DNA of 64,000 nt from an uncultured delta proteobacterium (GTDB taxonomy: Bacteria > Desulfobacterota > Desulfuromonadia > Geobacterales > Pseudopelobacteraceae): NCBI GenBank assembly GCA_963772835.1, contig CAVYYZ010000011.1:96001-160000 (forward strand), given 5' to 3'. A program made the translations under genes and the position numbers. This document shows, piece after piece, positions 8,926 to 20,856 of the stretch. The notes under the pieces were generated by a model. That model was not told where the DNA came from. It made no database searches and saw only the letters and a list, made by a program, of their open reading frames with translations. Each line of letters begins with the position of its first letter. Position 1 is the first letter of the stretch.

Positions 8926-11448
8926 ATGACCCGGCTCCCCATCGACGACATTCTGCCCGATCTTCTCGACTCCTTTCGCACTCATCGGAACATCCTTCTG
9001 CATGCCCCGCCAGGGGCGGGGAAGACCACGCGTGTTCCACTGGCTCTGATCGGTTCCATTCACCCTGACGCCGGTCGCATTATCATGCTGGAGCCACGTC
9101 GTATTGCCGCGGTATCCGCGGCCCGCTGGATGGCGCGCTGTCTCGGCGAAGAGGTCGGACAGACGGTCGGCTATTCCATCCGTTTTGAATCCTGCACATC
9201 AACAAACACGCGTATCGAAGTGGTGACCGAGGGGATTCTGACACGACGCATTCAGAGTGACCCCGGTCTTTCCGGTGTGGCGCTGGTCATTTTCGACGAG
9301 TTTCACGAACGGAGCATACATGCCGATCTCGGACTGGCTCTCTGCCGGGAGGTGCAGCAGCTGCAGCCGGGTCTCAAAATCCTTGTCATGTCAGCGACAC
9401 TCGATCTCCAGCCGCTTTCCCGGCTGCTTGACGACGCCCCTGTGATCAGCTCGGAAGGGCGCTGTTTTGCCGTTGACATGAAATACCTGGATGATACCGG
9501 ACATGCACGTGTTGCACAGAGGGTGGCGGCGGCGGTTGCCCGGGCGCTGCGTGAAACCGCGGGGGATATCCTCGCTTTTTTGCCCGGTGCCGGAGAAATA
9601 CGCGCCTGCGCTGCACAGCTGGCTGAATCCGGCGTCGCTGGCCGGAATGTCGTCGTCTGTCCACTGTATGGCGACCTGTCGATGGCCGAGCAGCAGAAAG
9701 CAATTCAGGCCGGTCCGCAGCGCAAAATTGTACTGGCCACCAGTATTGCAGAAACAAGTCTGACGATCGAAGGTGTCCGGACTGTCATTGATTGCGGCGT
9801 CTCCCGGAGGCTGCAGTACGATCCGGGCAATGGTCTGAACCGGCTGGTTACCGTCCGCGAAGCACGAGCCTCTGCCGAACAGCGGGCAGGCAGAGCTGGT
9901 CGTGTTGCACCGGGGGTCTGCTATCGACTGTTCTCTCTCCATACGCTGCACGCGATGGCGGCGCACACACCACCCGAGATCTGTGTCACCGATCTTTCCC
10001 AGCTTCTCCTGGAGCTCGCGGCCTGGGGCGTCACTGATCCGATGCAGCTCGGCTGGCTGGACCCACCACCGTCGGCTGCACGAGAATCCGCCCGCCGCCT
10101 GCTCGAAGAGCTGGACCTGTTTGACGGCGGCGGCCGGATCACGGCTCTTGGCCGTGACGCAGTACGGATGCCGCTTCATCCACGTCTCGGCCGTCTGCTG
10201 CTCCGCTCCAGGGAGCTCCGCTGCATGGCTTTAGGATGCCGGTTGGCTGCGCTCCTTTCTGAGCGGGACCTGTTCCACTCAAGCGCCGGCAGCAATCCAC
10301 CGCCCATAAGCAGTTCCGATATCGCCGATCGACTGGAGGCCCTTAAAAACTGGCGCTCATCCGGGCGCAATGAGCGCGGCATGGATCTTTCCGCATTGAA
10401 AAACGTGGAGCGGGTTGAACGTCAGCTTGGGCGGCTTATGGCCGTACCGGCCCGGGTGGACGATATCGTCACTGATGACGATGAGCGCATTGCGCGACTA
10501 CTGCTGGCGGCGTATCCTGATCGTATCGCCCGGCGCAGACCATCCGGCGGCGGATATCTGCTTGCCGGCGGGCGCGGGGCGCGGATTTCAGATCGCTCCG
10601 CTGTCAGGGCGGCCGAGTATCTTGTCGCTCCGGAGCTGGATGCCGGAACCCAGGCCGAGGCGATCATTCATCTTGCCGCCGAAATACCCGAGTACATACT
10701 TCGCGAGGAACGTTCCGGTCATATCTGCTGTGAAACCAGAGTGAACTGGGATGATCGTGAGGGGCGCGTTATCGCGCGGCGACTGGAGCTTCTGGGGAGT
10801 ATCCAGCTGTCCGCTGAGACGGTTGTTCCGACAGAAACTGAATCAGTTCCTGTGGTGATCGGTGCGGTGCGGGCGTCGGGGTTAGAGCTTCTCTCGATGA
10901 ATGATGCGGTCAGAACCCTGCAGGGGCGGCTGCTGCTGGTGCGGTCCGCCTTTCCGGAGCGGGAGTGGCCCGATGTTTCTGATGCCGCGCTGACTGCTGC
11001 GCTTGAAGAGTGGCTGGCTCCGCATCTGAAAGGTGCCAACTCAGTTAAAAAAATCGCTCAGCTTGATATTGCAGAGATCATGAGAAACCGCCTCGATTAC
11101 CGGCAGCAGCGAGAGCTGGACGAAATGACGCCGTCGCATCTGACTGTACCGAGCGGTTCGCGGGTCAGAATCGATTATTGCGGAGAAATTCCGGTTCTGG
11201 CGGTGAAGCTTCAGGAGCTGTTCGGTCTGGCGGCCGGACCGGTCGTCTGCGGCGGCAGGGTTTCTGTGCTGCTGCACCTGCTTTCGCCCGCAGGACGGCC
11301 GATTCAGGTGACGCGCGATTTGCGCGGCTTCTGGGACGGATCGTACCAGCAGGTGAAGAAGGAGCTCAAGGGGCGCTACCCCCGGCATCCGTGGCCGGAT
11401 GATCCATGGAGCGCCGCTCCGACGCGCCGGTTGAAGCCGAAAGGGTAG
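8926..11448 (+). CDS. hrpB: ATP-dependent RNA helicase HrpB
   Basis: APPGAGKTT, DEFHERS, MSAT, QRAGRAGR and C-terminal 'ELKGRYPRHPWP'. Confidence 0.93.
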   Translation: MTRLPIDDILPDLLDSFRTHRNILLHAPPGAGKTTRVPLALIGSIHPDAGRIIMLEPRRIAAVSAARWMARCLGEEVGQTVGYSIRFESCTSTNTRIEVVTEGILTRRIQSDPGLSGVALVIFDEFHERSIHADLGLALCREVQQLQPGLKILVMSATLDLQPLSRLLDDAPVISSEGRCFAVDMKYLDDTGHARVAQRVAAAVARALRETAGDILAFLPGAGEIRACAAQLAESGVAGRNVVVCPLYGDLSMAEQQKAIQAGPQRKIVLATSIAETSLTIEGVRTVIDCGVSRRLQYDPGNGLNRLVTVREARASAEQRAGRAGRVAPGVCYRLFSLHTLHAMAAHTPPEICVTDLSQLLLELAAWGVTDPMQLGWLDPPPSAARESARRLLEELDLFDGGGRITALGRDAVRMPLHPRLGRLLLRSRELRCMALGCRLAALLSERDLFHSSAGSNPPPISSSDIADRLEALKNWRSSGRNERGMDLSALKNVERVERQLGRLMAVPARVDDIVTDDDERIARLLLAAYPDRIARRRPSGGGYLLAGGRGARISDRSAVRAAEYLVAPELDAGTQAEAIIHLAAEIPEYILREERSGHICCETRVNWDDREGRVIARRLELLGSIQLSAETVVPTETESVPVVIGAVRASGLELLSMNDAVRTLQGRLLLVRSAFPEREWPDVSDAALTAALEEWLAPHLKGANSVKKIAQLDIAEIMRNRLDYRQQRELDEMTPSHLTVPSGSRVRIDYCGEIPVLAVKLQELFGLAAGPVVCGGRVSVLLHLLSPAGRPIQVTRDLRGFWDGSYQQVKKELKGRYPRHPWPDDPWSAAPTRRLKPKG

Positions 11449-11512
11449 ATACATCAATGAAGAATCATTCCCCGCCTCCTTGCGGGGATGGGGAACGATT
11501 GAAAAAATTCTG

Positions 11513-13105
11513 TCAGTCTGCAATCCTGAATGACGTTTCCGCAATAGTAACGGCATTCTCCATAATAATTCCGCGGTCCTGATTGGCGGTCAGATGGCGC
11601 AGTATGGCGAAAACCATCTCAGTTTCCTCCGCTGTTCCGAGCCGCGCGGCAATCGCTTCTGCCGTCATGCTCCGCTGTTCCTTCTGCAACAGCTCCACGA
11701 CCGATCTCTGGAGGTCTATCACCGTACCGGCCGCTTTTTTCCCCGCTTCCACACCCGGCTGGTGGTAGGCATTGATATTGATCAGGCTGGCGTAAAGGCC
11801 GACAGCCCGTTCGAACAGCGCAATCAGAACGCCGATCGTATATGCATCGACTCTATTAATGGTGATTGTCATGGATTCACGGCCGTTTTCATACAGCGCC
11901 GTGCGTGTGCCCTGAAAAAAGCCGAACAGAAAATCCCCGCTGGTAAAATTCTCCTCAACCCGCAGTGAGCTCCCCTCCCGATCCTTCAACACTTCGATGA
12001 ACGTGACAAAGAAGTTTGCGACACCTTCACGCAGCTGCTGCACATAGGCGTGCTGATCGGTCGAACCTTTGTTGCCGTACACGGTCAGCCCCTGATTGAC
12101 AACGGCGCCGTCACGATCGAACTCTTTGCCGATCGATTCCATGATAAGCTGCTGCAGATAACGGGAAAAGAGCAGCAGCCGATCCTTATAGGGGAGCATG
12201 ACCAGGTCTTTTGTGCCGCGCCCATCCGTGGCGTAATGCCACATCAGTGCCATGACAGCCGCCGGGTTGTTGATTGTATCCTGTCTGCGGGTGATGATGT
12301 CGCAGGCCTTAGCCCCTTCGAGCAGCGATGTTATATCGATACCCTGGAGAGCCGCCGGGAGAAGCCCGACCGCCGAGGTGACGGAAGTCCGTCCGCCGAC
12401 CCAGTCCCACATCGGGAACCGCTCCAGCCATCCATCGGCCTGTGCCAATCTGTCCAGCTCACTTCCCGCACCGGTTACCGCCACGGCATGCCGTGCAAAA
12501 TCGAGCCCGGCACGCCTGTAGGCTTCCTTTGCTTCCAGCATGCCGTTACGGGTCTCTTTGGTGGAGCCGCTTTTCGATATGACCAGTGTCAGTGTCCGGC
12601 ACATAGACTCACCTAATACTGCAAATACCTTGTCGATGCCGTCCGGGTCTGTGTTGTCGAGAAAATATGTTTTCATCCGGTCTGACGGGGAAGACAGCGC
12701 ATCGGCCACAAACTGGGGTCCCAGCGCCGAACCGCCGATGCCGATAACAAGAACGTTTTCAAACGGGGAGCCGTCCCGGGCCGATATGGCTCCGCTGTGG
12801 ATATTCGCACTGAACGCCAGTATCTGAGCGGTAGCGGCATCAATCTCACTCTGTATGCCGAAAGAAGGTGACAGTGACGGATTCCTCAGCCAGTAATGCC
12901 CCACCATGCGCCCTTCATCACGGTTGGCAATGGCTCCCCCCTCCAGTTCCCGCATTTCGGTATACGCACCCTGAATGGCGGGCTCCATCAAAGTAAAAAA
13001 ACTGTCGGCAAATTTCATGCGGCTGATGTCGAGGAAAAGCCCTATTTCAGGGCAGCTGCAGAGATGTTTGTGATAGCGATTCCAAAGGATGGTATTTTTC
13101 CCCAT
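11513..13105 (-). CDS. pgi: glucose-6-phosphate isomerase
   Basis: [24 protein letters not shown] and [11 protein letters not shown]. Confidence 0.95.
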   Translation of the reverse strand: MGKNTILWNRYHKHLCSCPEIGLFLDISRMKFADSFFTLMEPAIQGAYTEMRELEGGAIANRDEGRMVGHYWLRNPSLSPSFGIQSEIDAATAQILAFSANIHSGAISARDGSPFENVLVIGIGGSALGPQFVADALSSPSDRMKTYFLDNTDPDGIDKVFAVLGESMCRTLTLVISKSGSTKETRNGMLEAKEAYRRAGLDFARHAVAVTGAGSELDRLAQADGWLERFPMWDWVGGRTSVTSAVGLLPAALQGIDITSLLEGAKACDIITRRQDTINNPAAVMALMWHYATDGRGTKDLVMLPYKDRLLLFSRYLQQLIMESIGKEFDRDGAVVNQGLTVYGNKGSTDQHAYVQQLREGVANFFVTFIEVLKDREGSSLRVEENFTSGDFLFGFFQGTRTALYENGRESMTITINRVDAYTIGVLIALFERAVGLYASLININAYHQPGVEAGKKAAGTVIDLQRSVVELLQKEQRSMTAEAIAARLGTAEETEMVFAILRHLTANQDRGIIMENAVTIAETSFRIAD

Positions 13106-13130
13106 GTGTCCCTCCCGTGTGGCAGATACA

Positions 13131-13158
13131 CAAAAGGCGGAGCACGCTCCGCCTTTTG
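13131..13158. terminator. GC-rich hairpin / intrinsic terminator after eno
   Basis: Perfect inverted repeat CAAAAGGCGGAGC-AC-GCTCCGCCTTTTG between eno and pgi. Confidence 0.7.
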
Positions 13159-13177
13159 GTTCAGATGTTAACCGGCA

Positions 13178-14596
<1,419 letters not shown>

Positions 14597-14686
14597 TTAC
14601 TCAACAGTGCTTCACAATCGGTTGTAAACGTGGTATGACAAAAAACGGCACTATATCGCCAAACCCCTCTGCACAAAGGTTTCATT

Positions 14687-15904
14687 ATGACCGCTGACAC
14701 GCTTGATTCACTTACGATCGATAAATCACGCCAGATGCCCCCCCGGCGCAAGAGTGCCGCCCGTATCCGCCTGGCGGCAATTCTGCTCGTGGCTCTCATT
14801 GCCGTCGCCGCGGCGTTCTACCAGTACCGCAACCGGGCGGTGACGATCGAAACGACGACTGTCTCACTGTTTTATCCGACGCAGTCGTTCACTATTCTTA
14901 ATTCAAGCGGCTATGTCGTTGCCCAGCGGAAAGCGGCGGTTGCGGCAAAAACAACCGGCAGGCTGGAATGGATCGGCGTTGAAGAAGGGAGCAGGGTGAC
15001 TGCCGGACAGGTTGTCGCCCGCCTCGAAAATAAGGATCTTGAAGCGGTTGTCCGCCAGGCGGCGGCCGCCGTGCAGAATTCAAAGGCCCTCCGGGAAGAA
15101 TCCCGGGCAGAATTGACAGATGCCGAAAAATCGTTCCAGCGACAGAGGGGGCTGCTTGCGTCGGGGATTGTCTCGCAGTCCGAGTTTGACAGTGCGGAAG
15201 CACGCTTCAAGCGTTCCCGGGCGGCGACTGCCAGCAGCGAGGCGGGTATTGCGATCGCGGAGGCAGCCCTTCAGGGGGCCACCGTCAACCTTGGATACAG
15301 TCTGATCCGGGCCCCGTTTGATGCCGTAGTACTGACAAAAAATGCCGATGTGGGGGATATCATCACTCCGCTCGGCGCTGCGGCAAATTCCAAAGCGGCT
15401 GTTGTTACGATTGCAGATCTCGCCTCACTGCAGGTAGAGGCCGATGTTTCGGAGTCCAACCTGGCGCAGATCAGGAAGGGCCAGCCATGCGAGATTACCC
15501 TGGATGCACTTCCGGGAAGCCGCTTTCGCGGGGTGGTGCATACGATCGTACCGACCGCCGATCGGAGCAAAGCGTCCGTCATGGTTAAAATCCGTTTTCT
15601 TGAGCTGGACGGGCGTATTTACCCCGAAATGAGCGCCAAGGTAGCCTTTCTGCAGCGTGAGGCGGGTGCAGAAGACAAAATTGCGCGGATCGTTATTAAT
15701 CCCGCCGCTGTCGTTACTCAAAACGGCCGCAGCGGCGTGTATCTGGTGGTTGGAGACACGGTCCGGTTTATTCCGGTGACATCAGGCGAGAAGATGGGCG
15801 ATCTGCTTGTAGTGTCAGGTATAAAGTCGGGCGATAAGGTGGCACTGAAACCGCTTGAACGCTTGAAAGACGGCAGCAGGATAGCCCTGCCGGAGAAAAA
15901 ATAG
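14687..15904 (+). CDS. efflux periplasmic adaptor (MacA/HlyD-like)
   Basis: N-terminal TM, lipoyl-like 'VEEGSRV', coiled coil, 'IRAPFDAVV'; upstream of ABC ATPase and permease. Confidence 0.88.
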   Translation: MTADTLDSLTIDKSRQMPPRRKSAARIRLAAILLVALIAVAAAFYQYRNRAVTIETTTVSLFYPTQSFTILNSSGYVVAQRKAAVAAKTTGRLEWIGVEEGSRVTAGQVVARLENKDLEAVVRQAAAAVQNSKALREESRAELTDAEKSFQRQRGLLASGIVSQSEFDSAEARFKRSRAATASSEAGIAIAEAALQGATVNLGYSLIRAPFDAVVLTKNADVGDIITPLGAAANSKAAVVTIADLASLQVEADVSESNLAQIRKGQPCEITLDALPGSRFRGVVHTIVPTADRSKASVMVKIRFLELDGRIYPEMSAKVAFLQREAGAEDKIARIVINPAAVVTQNGRSGVYLVVGDTVRFIPVTSGEKMGDLLVVSGIKSGDKVALKPLERLKDGSRIALPEKK

Positions 15905-15980
15905 TCTGATTAGAGTGTATTTTTTACCCAGTATAATAAATGTCATTCCAGAGTTACTTTGAAGAGAGTCAGGAGAATAT

Positions 15981-16129
15981 TTAACGCAAAGACGCAAAGA
16001 CGCAAAGACGCAAAGGTGCAAGGATGCAAAGGTGCAAGGATGCAAAGGTGAAAGCTGAAACCGCATGTAAAATTTATACCTATTTATAGTATTTCCTTGC
16101 GTCTTTGCTCCCTTGCGCCCTAGCGTTAA
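15981..16129. repeat. octamer-repeat palindromic element, copy A (expanded left arm)
   Basis: TTA + ACGCAAAG x4 + (GTGCAAGG ATGCAAAG) x2, AT-rich loop, four reverse-complement octamers ending GCGTTAA. Confidence 0.9.
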
Positions 16130-16192
16130 CGGTTGTGACTTCTGACTACTTTTCATGTCTGAAGATTGTTGCTAATCAGGATATAAATAATC

Positions 16193-16894
16193 ATGCAAAC
16201 TTTTATAAAACAGCAGGTTATCGTCTCTGTCAATGCCGTTTCAAAATCATATCAGCGCGGCAGCCAGGAGATACCGGTACTGGAGGGTATCTCTTTCGAG
16301 ATCGTCAGGGGTGAGTTTCTGGCGCTGATGGGACCGTCCGGGTCGGGAAAATCGACGCTGCTTAACCTGATTGCCGGCATTGATACGGTTGACGGCGGTT
16401 CAATAGTGATCGACGGCGTCGATATTGCGACGCTGAACGAATCCGGGCTGGCGCGGTGGCGGGCAGTGAATGTCGGTTTTATCTTCCAGTTTTACAACCT
16501 GATACCTGTGTTGACCGCATATGAAAATGTCGAATTGCCGCTGCTACTGACTACGCTGACGCGCCGCGAACGCCGAGAGCATGTAGAAGCCGCCCTTGCG
16601 GTTGTCAGCCTGTCCGACCGGACGGAGCATTACCCCTCGCAGCTTTCCGGTGGCCAGCAGCAGCGTGTGGCAATCGCCCGGGCGATTGTCACCGACCCGG
16701 TCATTCTGGTGGCTGATGAACCGACCGGTGACCTTGACCGGGTCTCGGCCGGGGAGATTCTCGGCCTGATGTCCCGGCTTAACGCAGAACAGGGAAAGAC
16801 TATCATCATGGTGACCCATGATCCCCGCGCCGCCGAAAAAGCGCATGTCATCCGCCATCTTGAAAAAGGGCTGCTGCTCGATGTTTCTCCTTAA
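16193..16894 (+). CDS. ABC transporter ATP-binding protein (MacB/LolD type)
   Basis: GPSGSGKST, LSGGQQQRVAIAR, ADEPTG and VTHD. Confidence 0.93.
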   Translation: MQTFIKQQVIVSVNAVSKSYQRGSQEIPVLEGISFEIVRGEFLALMGPSGSGKSTLLNLIAGIDTVDGGSIVIDGVDIATLNESGLARWRAVNVGFIFQFYNLIPVLTAYENVELPLLLTTLTRRERREHVEAALAVVSLSDRTEHYPSQLSGGQQQRVAIARAIVTDPVILVADEPTGDLDRVSAGEILGLMSRLNAEQGKTIIMVTHDPRAAEKAHVIRHLEKGLLLDVSP

Positions 16895-18038
16895 GCTTCT
16901 TTCCCGCAATGCGTTCCGGCACCGATTACGGACGCTCCTGACGATCCTGGGAATTACGGTTGCCATCCTTGCCTTCGGCCTGCTGCAGACGGTTGTCAGC
17001 GCGTGGTACGCCGGAGTCAACGCCTCATCGTCCGCCCGTCTGATCAGCAGAAATGCGGTTTCCCTGGTATTTTCCCTTCCGATTGCCTATCAGGAGCGGA
17101 TCAGGCGCGTCGATGGTGTGGCGGCGGTTTCCTACGCCAACTGGTTCGGCGGGGTATATATCACGGAAAAGAACTTTTTCCCCAGTTTTGCCATCGAACC
17201 GAAGAGTTATCTGGCTCTCTATCCGGAATTTGTGCTGTCGCCGGAGGAAAAACGCGCTTTTTTTATGGACCGGAAAGGGTGCGTAATCGGATCGAGGCTT
17301 GCGGAGCGCTTCGGTTGGAAGATCGGCGACACAATCCCGCTCAAAGGGACAATTTTCCCCGGTAACTGGGATTTTGTCGTACGCGGGATCTATCACGGAG
17401 CAGAGAAATCCACCGATGAATCCCAGTTCTTTTTTCAGTGGGAGTATCTGAACGAATCGCTCAAAAAAACGGTGGCACGGCGGGCCGACCAGACCGGAGT
17501 GTATATAATCGGGCTCAAAAATCCGCAGGAGGCGGCCGAAGTTTCCATCGCCATCGATTCCACCTTCAAAAACTCGCTCGCGGAGACTCTGACCGAAACT
17601 GAAAAAGCCTTTCAGCTTAGCTTTGTATCAATGACCGAGGCGATCGTCGTGGCAATCCGCATCGTGTCATTTGTCGTGATCATCATAATCATGGTTGTGG
17701 TTGCCAATACTATGGCAATGACCGCCCGTGAACGGATCGGAGAATATGCCATCTTCAAGGCGATGGGATTCCAGGCGCATCACATTGCCGGTATGGTTTT
17801 TGGTGAATCGCTGTTTATATCACTGACCGGAGGCGTCATCGGCATTCTTTTGACATTTCCGGTCGCCGGCAAATTCGGCGAGGTTATGGGGAACTTTTTT
17901 CCGGTATTCCAGGTCGAGCGTTCCACCCTGTATATGGATATGGCCTTCTGTCTGATAGTGGGGATCATAGCCGGGATATTTCCGGCCTGGCGGGCGGTAC
18001 GTATCAGGATTGCTGAAGGATTGCGAAGGGTAGGGTAA
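16881..18038 (+). CDS. ABC transporter permease (MacB/FtsX family)
   Basis: One N-terminal TM, large periplasmic domain, 'ERIGEYAIFKAMGF', three C-terminal TMs. Confidence 0.88.
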   Translation: MFLLKLLSRNAFRHRLRTLLTILGITVAILAFGLLQTVVSAWYAGVNASSSARLISRNAVSLVFSLPIAYQERIRRVDGVAAVSYANWFGGVYITEKNFFPSFAIEPKSYLALYPEFVLSPEEKRAFFMDRKGCVIGSRLAERFGWKIGDTIPLKGTIFPGNWDFVVRGIYHGAEKSTDESQFFFQWEYLNESLKKTVARRADQTGVYIIGLKNPQEAAEVSIAIDSTFKNSLAETLTETEKAFQLSFVSMTEAIVVAIRIVSFVVIIIIMVVVANTMAMTARERIGEYAIFKAMGFQAHHIAGMVFGESLFISLTGGVIGILLTFPVAGKFGEVMGNFFPVFQVERSTLYMDMAFCLIVGIIAGIFPAWRAVRIRIAEGLRRVG

Positions 18039-18047
18039 GGAGTACAC

Positions 18048-19427
18048 ATGCATATACGAATTCTTGTTGTCGATGATGAACTGAGCATGCGGGAATTTCT
18101 CTCAATCCTGCTGGAGCGTGAGGGGTATGACGTTTCCGTTGCCGGTTCTGCCGAGGAAGCACTCTGTTTGATGGAGTCGGCGCTGTTTGACCTGGTGCTG
18201 TCGGATGTCAATATGCCCGGCCTGTCCGGTATCGAACTCCTGGCCCGGATAAAGGACAAATCCCCTGAAACGGCAGTTCTGATGCTCACCGCGTTTTCGA
18301 CCGCCGAACAGGCCGTGGAGGCGATGAAGCTCGGGGCGTATGATTATATCTGCAAGCCGTTTAAAAACGAGGAAATCAAGCAGCTCGTCAAAAATGCGCT
18401 CGAAAAACAGGGACTCAGACGCGAAAACATCCTGCTGAAAAAGGGCGTCAGCGAACGGGACAGTTTTTGCGGCATCATCGGTAAAAGCCTGAAGATGCGC
18501 GAACTTTTTGACATGATCCAGAAAGTTGCGGCCAGCCAGAGCAGCGTGCTGATTCTCGGAGAGAGCGGAACAGGCAAAGAACTGGCCGCCCGTTCGATTC
18601 ATACCTGCAGCCCACGCAAATCAAAACCGTTTGTCGCGGTCAACTGCGGAGCCATCCCGGAGAATCTGATTGAGAGTGAGCTGTTCGGGCACAAAAAGGG
18701 CTCCTTCACCGGTGCGGTGGGTGACCGTCCGGGGCTGTTTGAGCAGGCCGAAGGAGGGACACTCTTTCTGGATGAAATAGGTGAACTGCCGCTGCTGATG
18801 CAGACCAAACTGCTGCGGGTATTGCAGGAGCGGGAATTCAAGCGGGTAGGAGATGCACAGACCCGCAAGGCCGACGTGCGGATTATCAGCGCCTCGAACC
18901 GTGATCTTGAAAGTCAGGTCAAGGATGGATCGTTCCGGGAAGATCTGTTTTACCGCCTCAACGTTGTTCAGCTCGTCATGCCCCCGCTGCGCGAGCGGAT
19001 CGAGGATATCCCGCTTCTGGTCGACAGCTTCTGTCTGAAATACCAGGATCCCGGGCAAAACAGCCCGGCTACGGTAACACCGGGTGCCCTCAAAGCCCTG
19101 ATGAATCATCCCTTTCCCGGCAATGTCCGCGAACTTGAGAACTGCATCGAACGGAGCCTCATAATGGATCCGGCGGAAATCGCCGAAACCAGTCTGCCCC
19201 GGCAGCTGTTGGCAGGTAAAATGCCCTGCCTCACCGCCGAATGCGACATACCGGAGTCCGGGATGATGCTTGAACCGCTGCTGGAGGATCTGGAAAAGAA
19301 ATACCTGCTCAAGGCGTTAGAGATGACCGGCGGAGCGAAAAAGAAAGCGGGAGAGTTGCTGGGGATGTCGTTTCGCTCATTCCGGTACCGGTTGGCCAAG
19401 TTCGGGTTGGATAGTGGGGAGGAGTGA
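18048..19427 (+). CDS. pilR: sigma54-dependent response regulator PilR
   Basis: Receiver 'ILVVDDELSMREFL', GESGTGKE, GSFTGA, C-terminal HTH 'GMSFRSFRYRLAK'; upstream of pilA. Confidence 0.88.
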   Translation: MHIRILVVDDELSMREFLSILLEREGYDVSVAGSAEEALCLMESALFDLVLSDVNMPGLSGIELLARIKDKSPETAVLMLTAFSTAEQAVEAMKLGAYDYICKPFKNEEIKQLVKNALEKQGLRRENILLKKGVSERDSFCGIIGKSLKMRELFDMIQKVAASQSSVLILGESGTGKELAARSIHTCSPRKSKPFVAVNCGAIPENLIESELFGHKKGSFTGAVGDRPGLFEQAEGGTLFLDEIGELPLLMQTKLLRVLQEREFKRVGDAQTRKADVRIISASNRDLESQVKDGSFREDLFYRLNVVQLVMPPLRERIEDIPLLVDSFCLKYQDPGQNSPATVTPGALKALMNHPFPGNVRELENCIERSLIMDPAEIAETSLPRQLLAGKMPCLTAECDIPESGMMLEPLLEDLEKKYLLKALEMTGGAKKKAGELLGMSFRSFRYRLAKFGLDSGEE

Positions 19428-19514
19428 CTGTTTGAATGTTATATATGATGGAATATACTCATATCTGTCAATTTTATCTTGAATTAATGTCAATATGACA
19501 TTAAAATTAGACGT

Positions 19515-20735
19515 ATGAAGACATATATTCCAAGAGAAATAACAAAACAGGTAGTTAGCGCCCTTAAGGATATGCCGGTGGTCGCTCTTACCGGTATGCG
19601 CCAGACCGGAAAAAGTACGTTCCTGCAAGAACAGCCCGAATTTAAAGGTCGAAAATATATAACCCTCGATGACTTCGCACAGTTTGCTGCTGCAAAGGAA
19701 AATCCAGACAAGTTCGTTGACACCGACGAACCGCTGATAATTGATGAGGCCCAACGCTGCCCGGAACTTTTTATCGCTATAAAACGTGCCGTTGACAAAA
19801 ACAGACGTCCCGGCCAATTTATCATTTCCGGATCAGCAAATTTCCTGTTGATGAAGAACATCTCCGAAAGCCTTGCGGGGAGAGCAATCTATTTTAATAT
19901 GCACCCTTTTAACAGAAGGGAAACGGAAAGGCGAACTTCAGAAATCCCCTTCATACGACAATTTTTCGAAGAGCAGATAATCTCGGGATTGACTGATGCG
20001 GCCACCATTCCGCTTGAAGATATTGTAATAGGCGGAATGCCGTCGGTATGTCTTGGTAGTTTCAGCAATCCGTTTAACTGGTTCAAAGGGTACGAGCATA
20101 CCTATCTTGACAGGGATATACGCGATCTTGGACGAATTGGCGACATCATACCGTTTCGAGGGCTACTGCACCTAGCTGCTCACCGTACCGGCGGCGTGCT
20201 GAATTTAAGCGATCTGGGAAGGGATGCACGACTGAGGTCTACCGTCGTTACCAGCTATCTTTCAATTATGGAGGTTTCCTGTATTTTCTACCGTCTTGCC
20301 CCTTATCTTAAAAACCCTGCGAGCAGATTGATAAAATCACCAAAGTTCTACCTTGGCGATTCCGGGCTTGCATGTTTTCTGGCTGAAGTAGAGGAACTGA
20401 CGGCAGATTCCCCCCTGAAGGGTTCAATGATGGAAACGTACGTGGCGCAGAATCTTGTATCAATTCTTGATGCAACCTGGCCACGGGCGAGAATGTACTT
20501 TTGGAATATTCAGGGACGGCATGAAGTTGATTTCATTATCGAAGCGGGAAACCGATGTCTTGCAATAGAAGTAAAGTCAGCTGCCAGATGGGACAAGGAT
20601 GATCTTGTGAGTCTCAAGGCTTTTATAGCCAATACACCTCACTGTGTTGGCGGTATTTTGGCGTATAACGGCACTACATCGGTACGTCTTGGTGACAAAT
20701 TGTGGGCAATCCCTTTATCAATCCTATTGTCGTAA
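19515..20735 (+). CDS. AAA+ ATPase with DUF4143 and PD-(D/E)XK-like C-terminus
   Basis: GMRQTGKST, IIDEAQ, ESLAGR, 'KSPKFYLGDSG', 'EVDFII...IEVKS'; more AT-rich than neighbours. Confidence 0.88.
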   Translation: MKTYIPREITKQVVSALKDMPVVALTGMRQTGKSTFLQEQPEFKGRKYITLDDFAQFAAAKENPDKFVDTDEPLIIDEAQRCPELFIAIKRAVDKNRRPGQFIISGSANFLLMKNISESLAGRAIYFNMHPFNRRETERRTSEIPFIRQFFEEQIISGLTDAATIPLEDIVIGGMPSVCLGSFSNPFNWFKGYEHTYLDRDIRDLGRIGDIIPFRGLLHLAAHRTGGVLNLSDLGRDARLRSTVVTSYLSIMEVSCIFYRLAPYLKNPASRLIKSPKFYLGDSGLACFLAEVEELTADSPLKGSMMETYVAQNLVSILDATWPRARMYFWNIQGRHEVDFIIEAGNRCLAIEVKSAARWDKDDLVSLKAFIANTPHCVGGILAYNGTTSVRLGDKLWAIPLSILLS

Positions 20736-20777
20736 AACAACCAATCAATGTAACGCTATCCTTGAAGTTGTTCAATC

Positions 20778-20844
20778 AGAGTCGCCGGGAATGTCGTTCC
20801 GCTACCGGTTGGCCAAGTTCGGGTTGGACAGTGGGGAGTAGTAA
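20778..20844 (+). repeat. degenerate direct repeat of the pilR 3' end (19352-19427)
   Basis: Translates ESPGMSFRYRLAKFGLDSGE* versus pilR ELLGMSFRSFRYRLAKFGLDSGEE*; 9-nt deletion plus a few substitutions. Confidence 0.9.
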
Positions 20845-20856
20845 ACCTTAAAGGCT

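Noticed and set aside
20644..20841. 65-aa ORF ending in the PilR C-terminal peptide
   Set aside because: By-product of the duplicated pilR 3' end; overlaps the ATPase gene out of frame.
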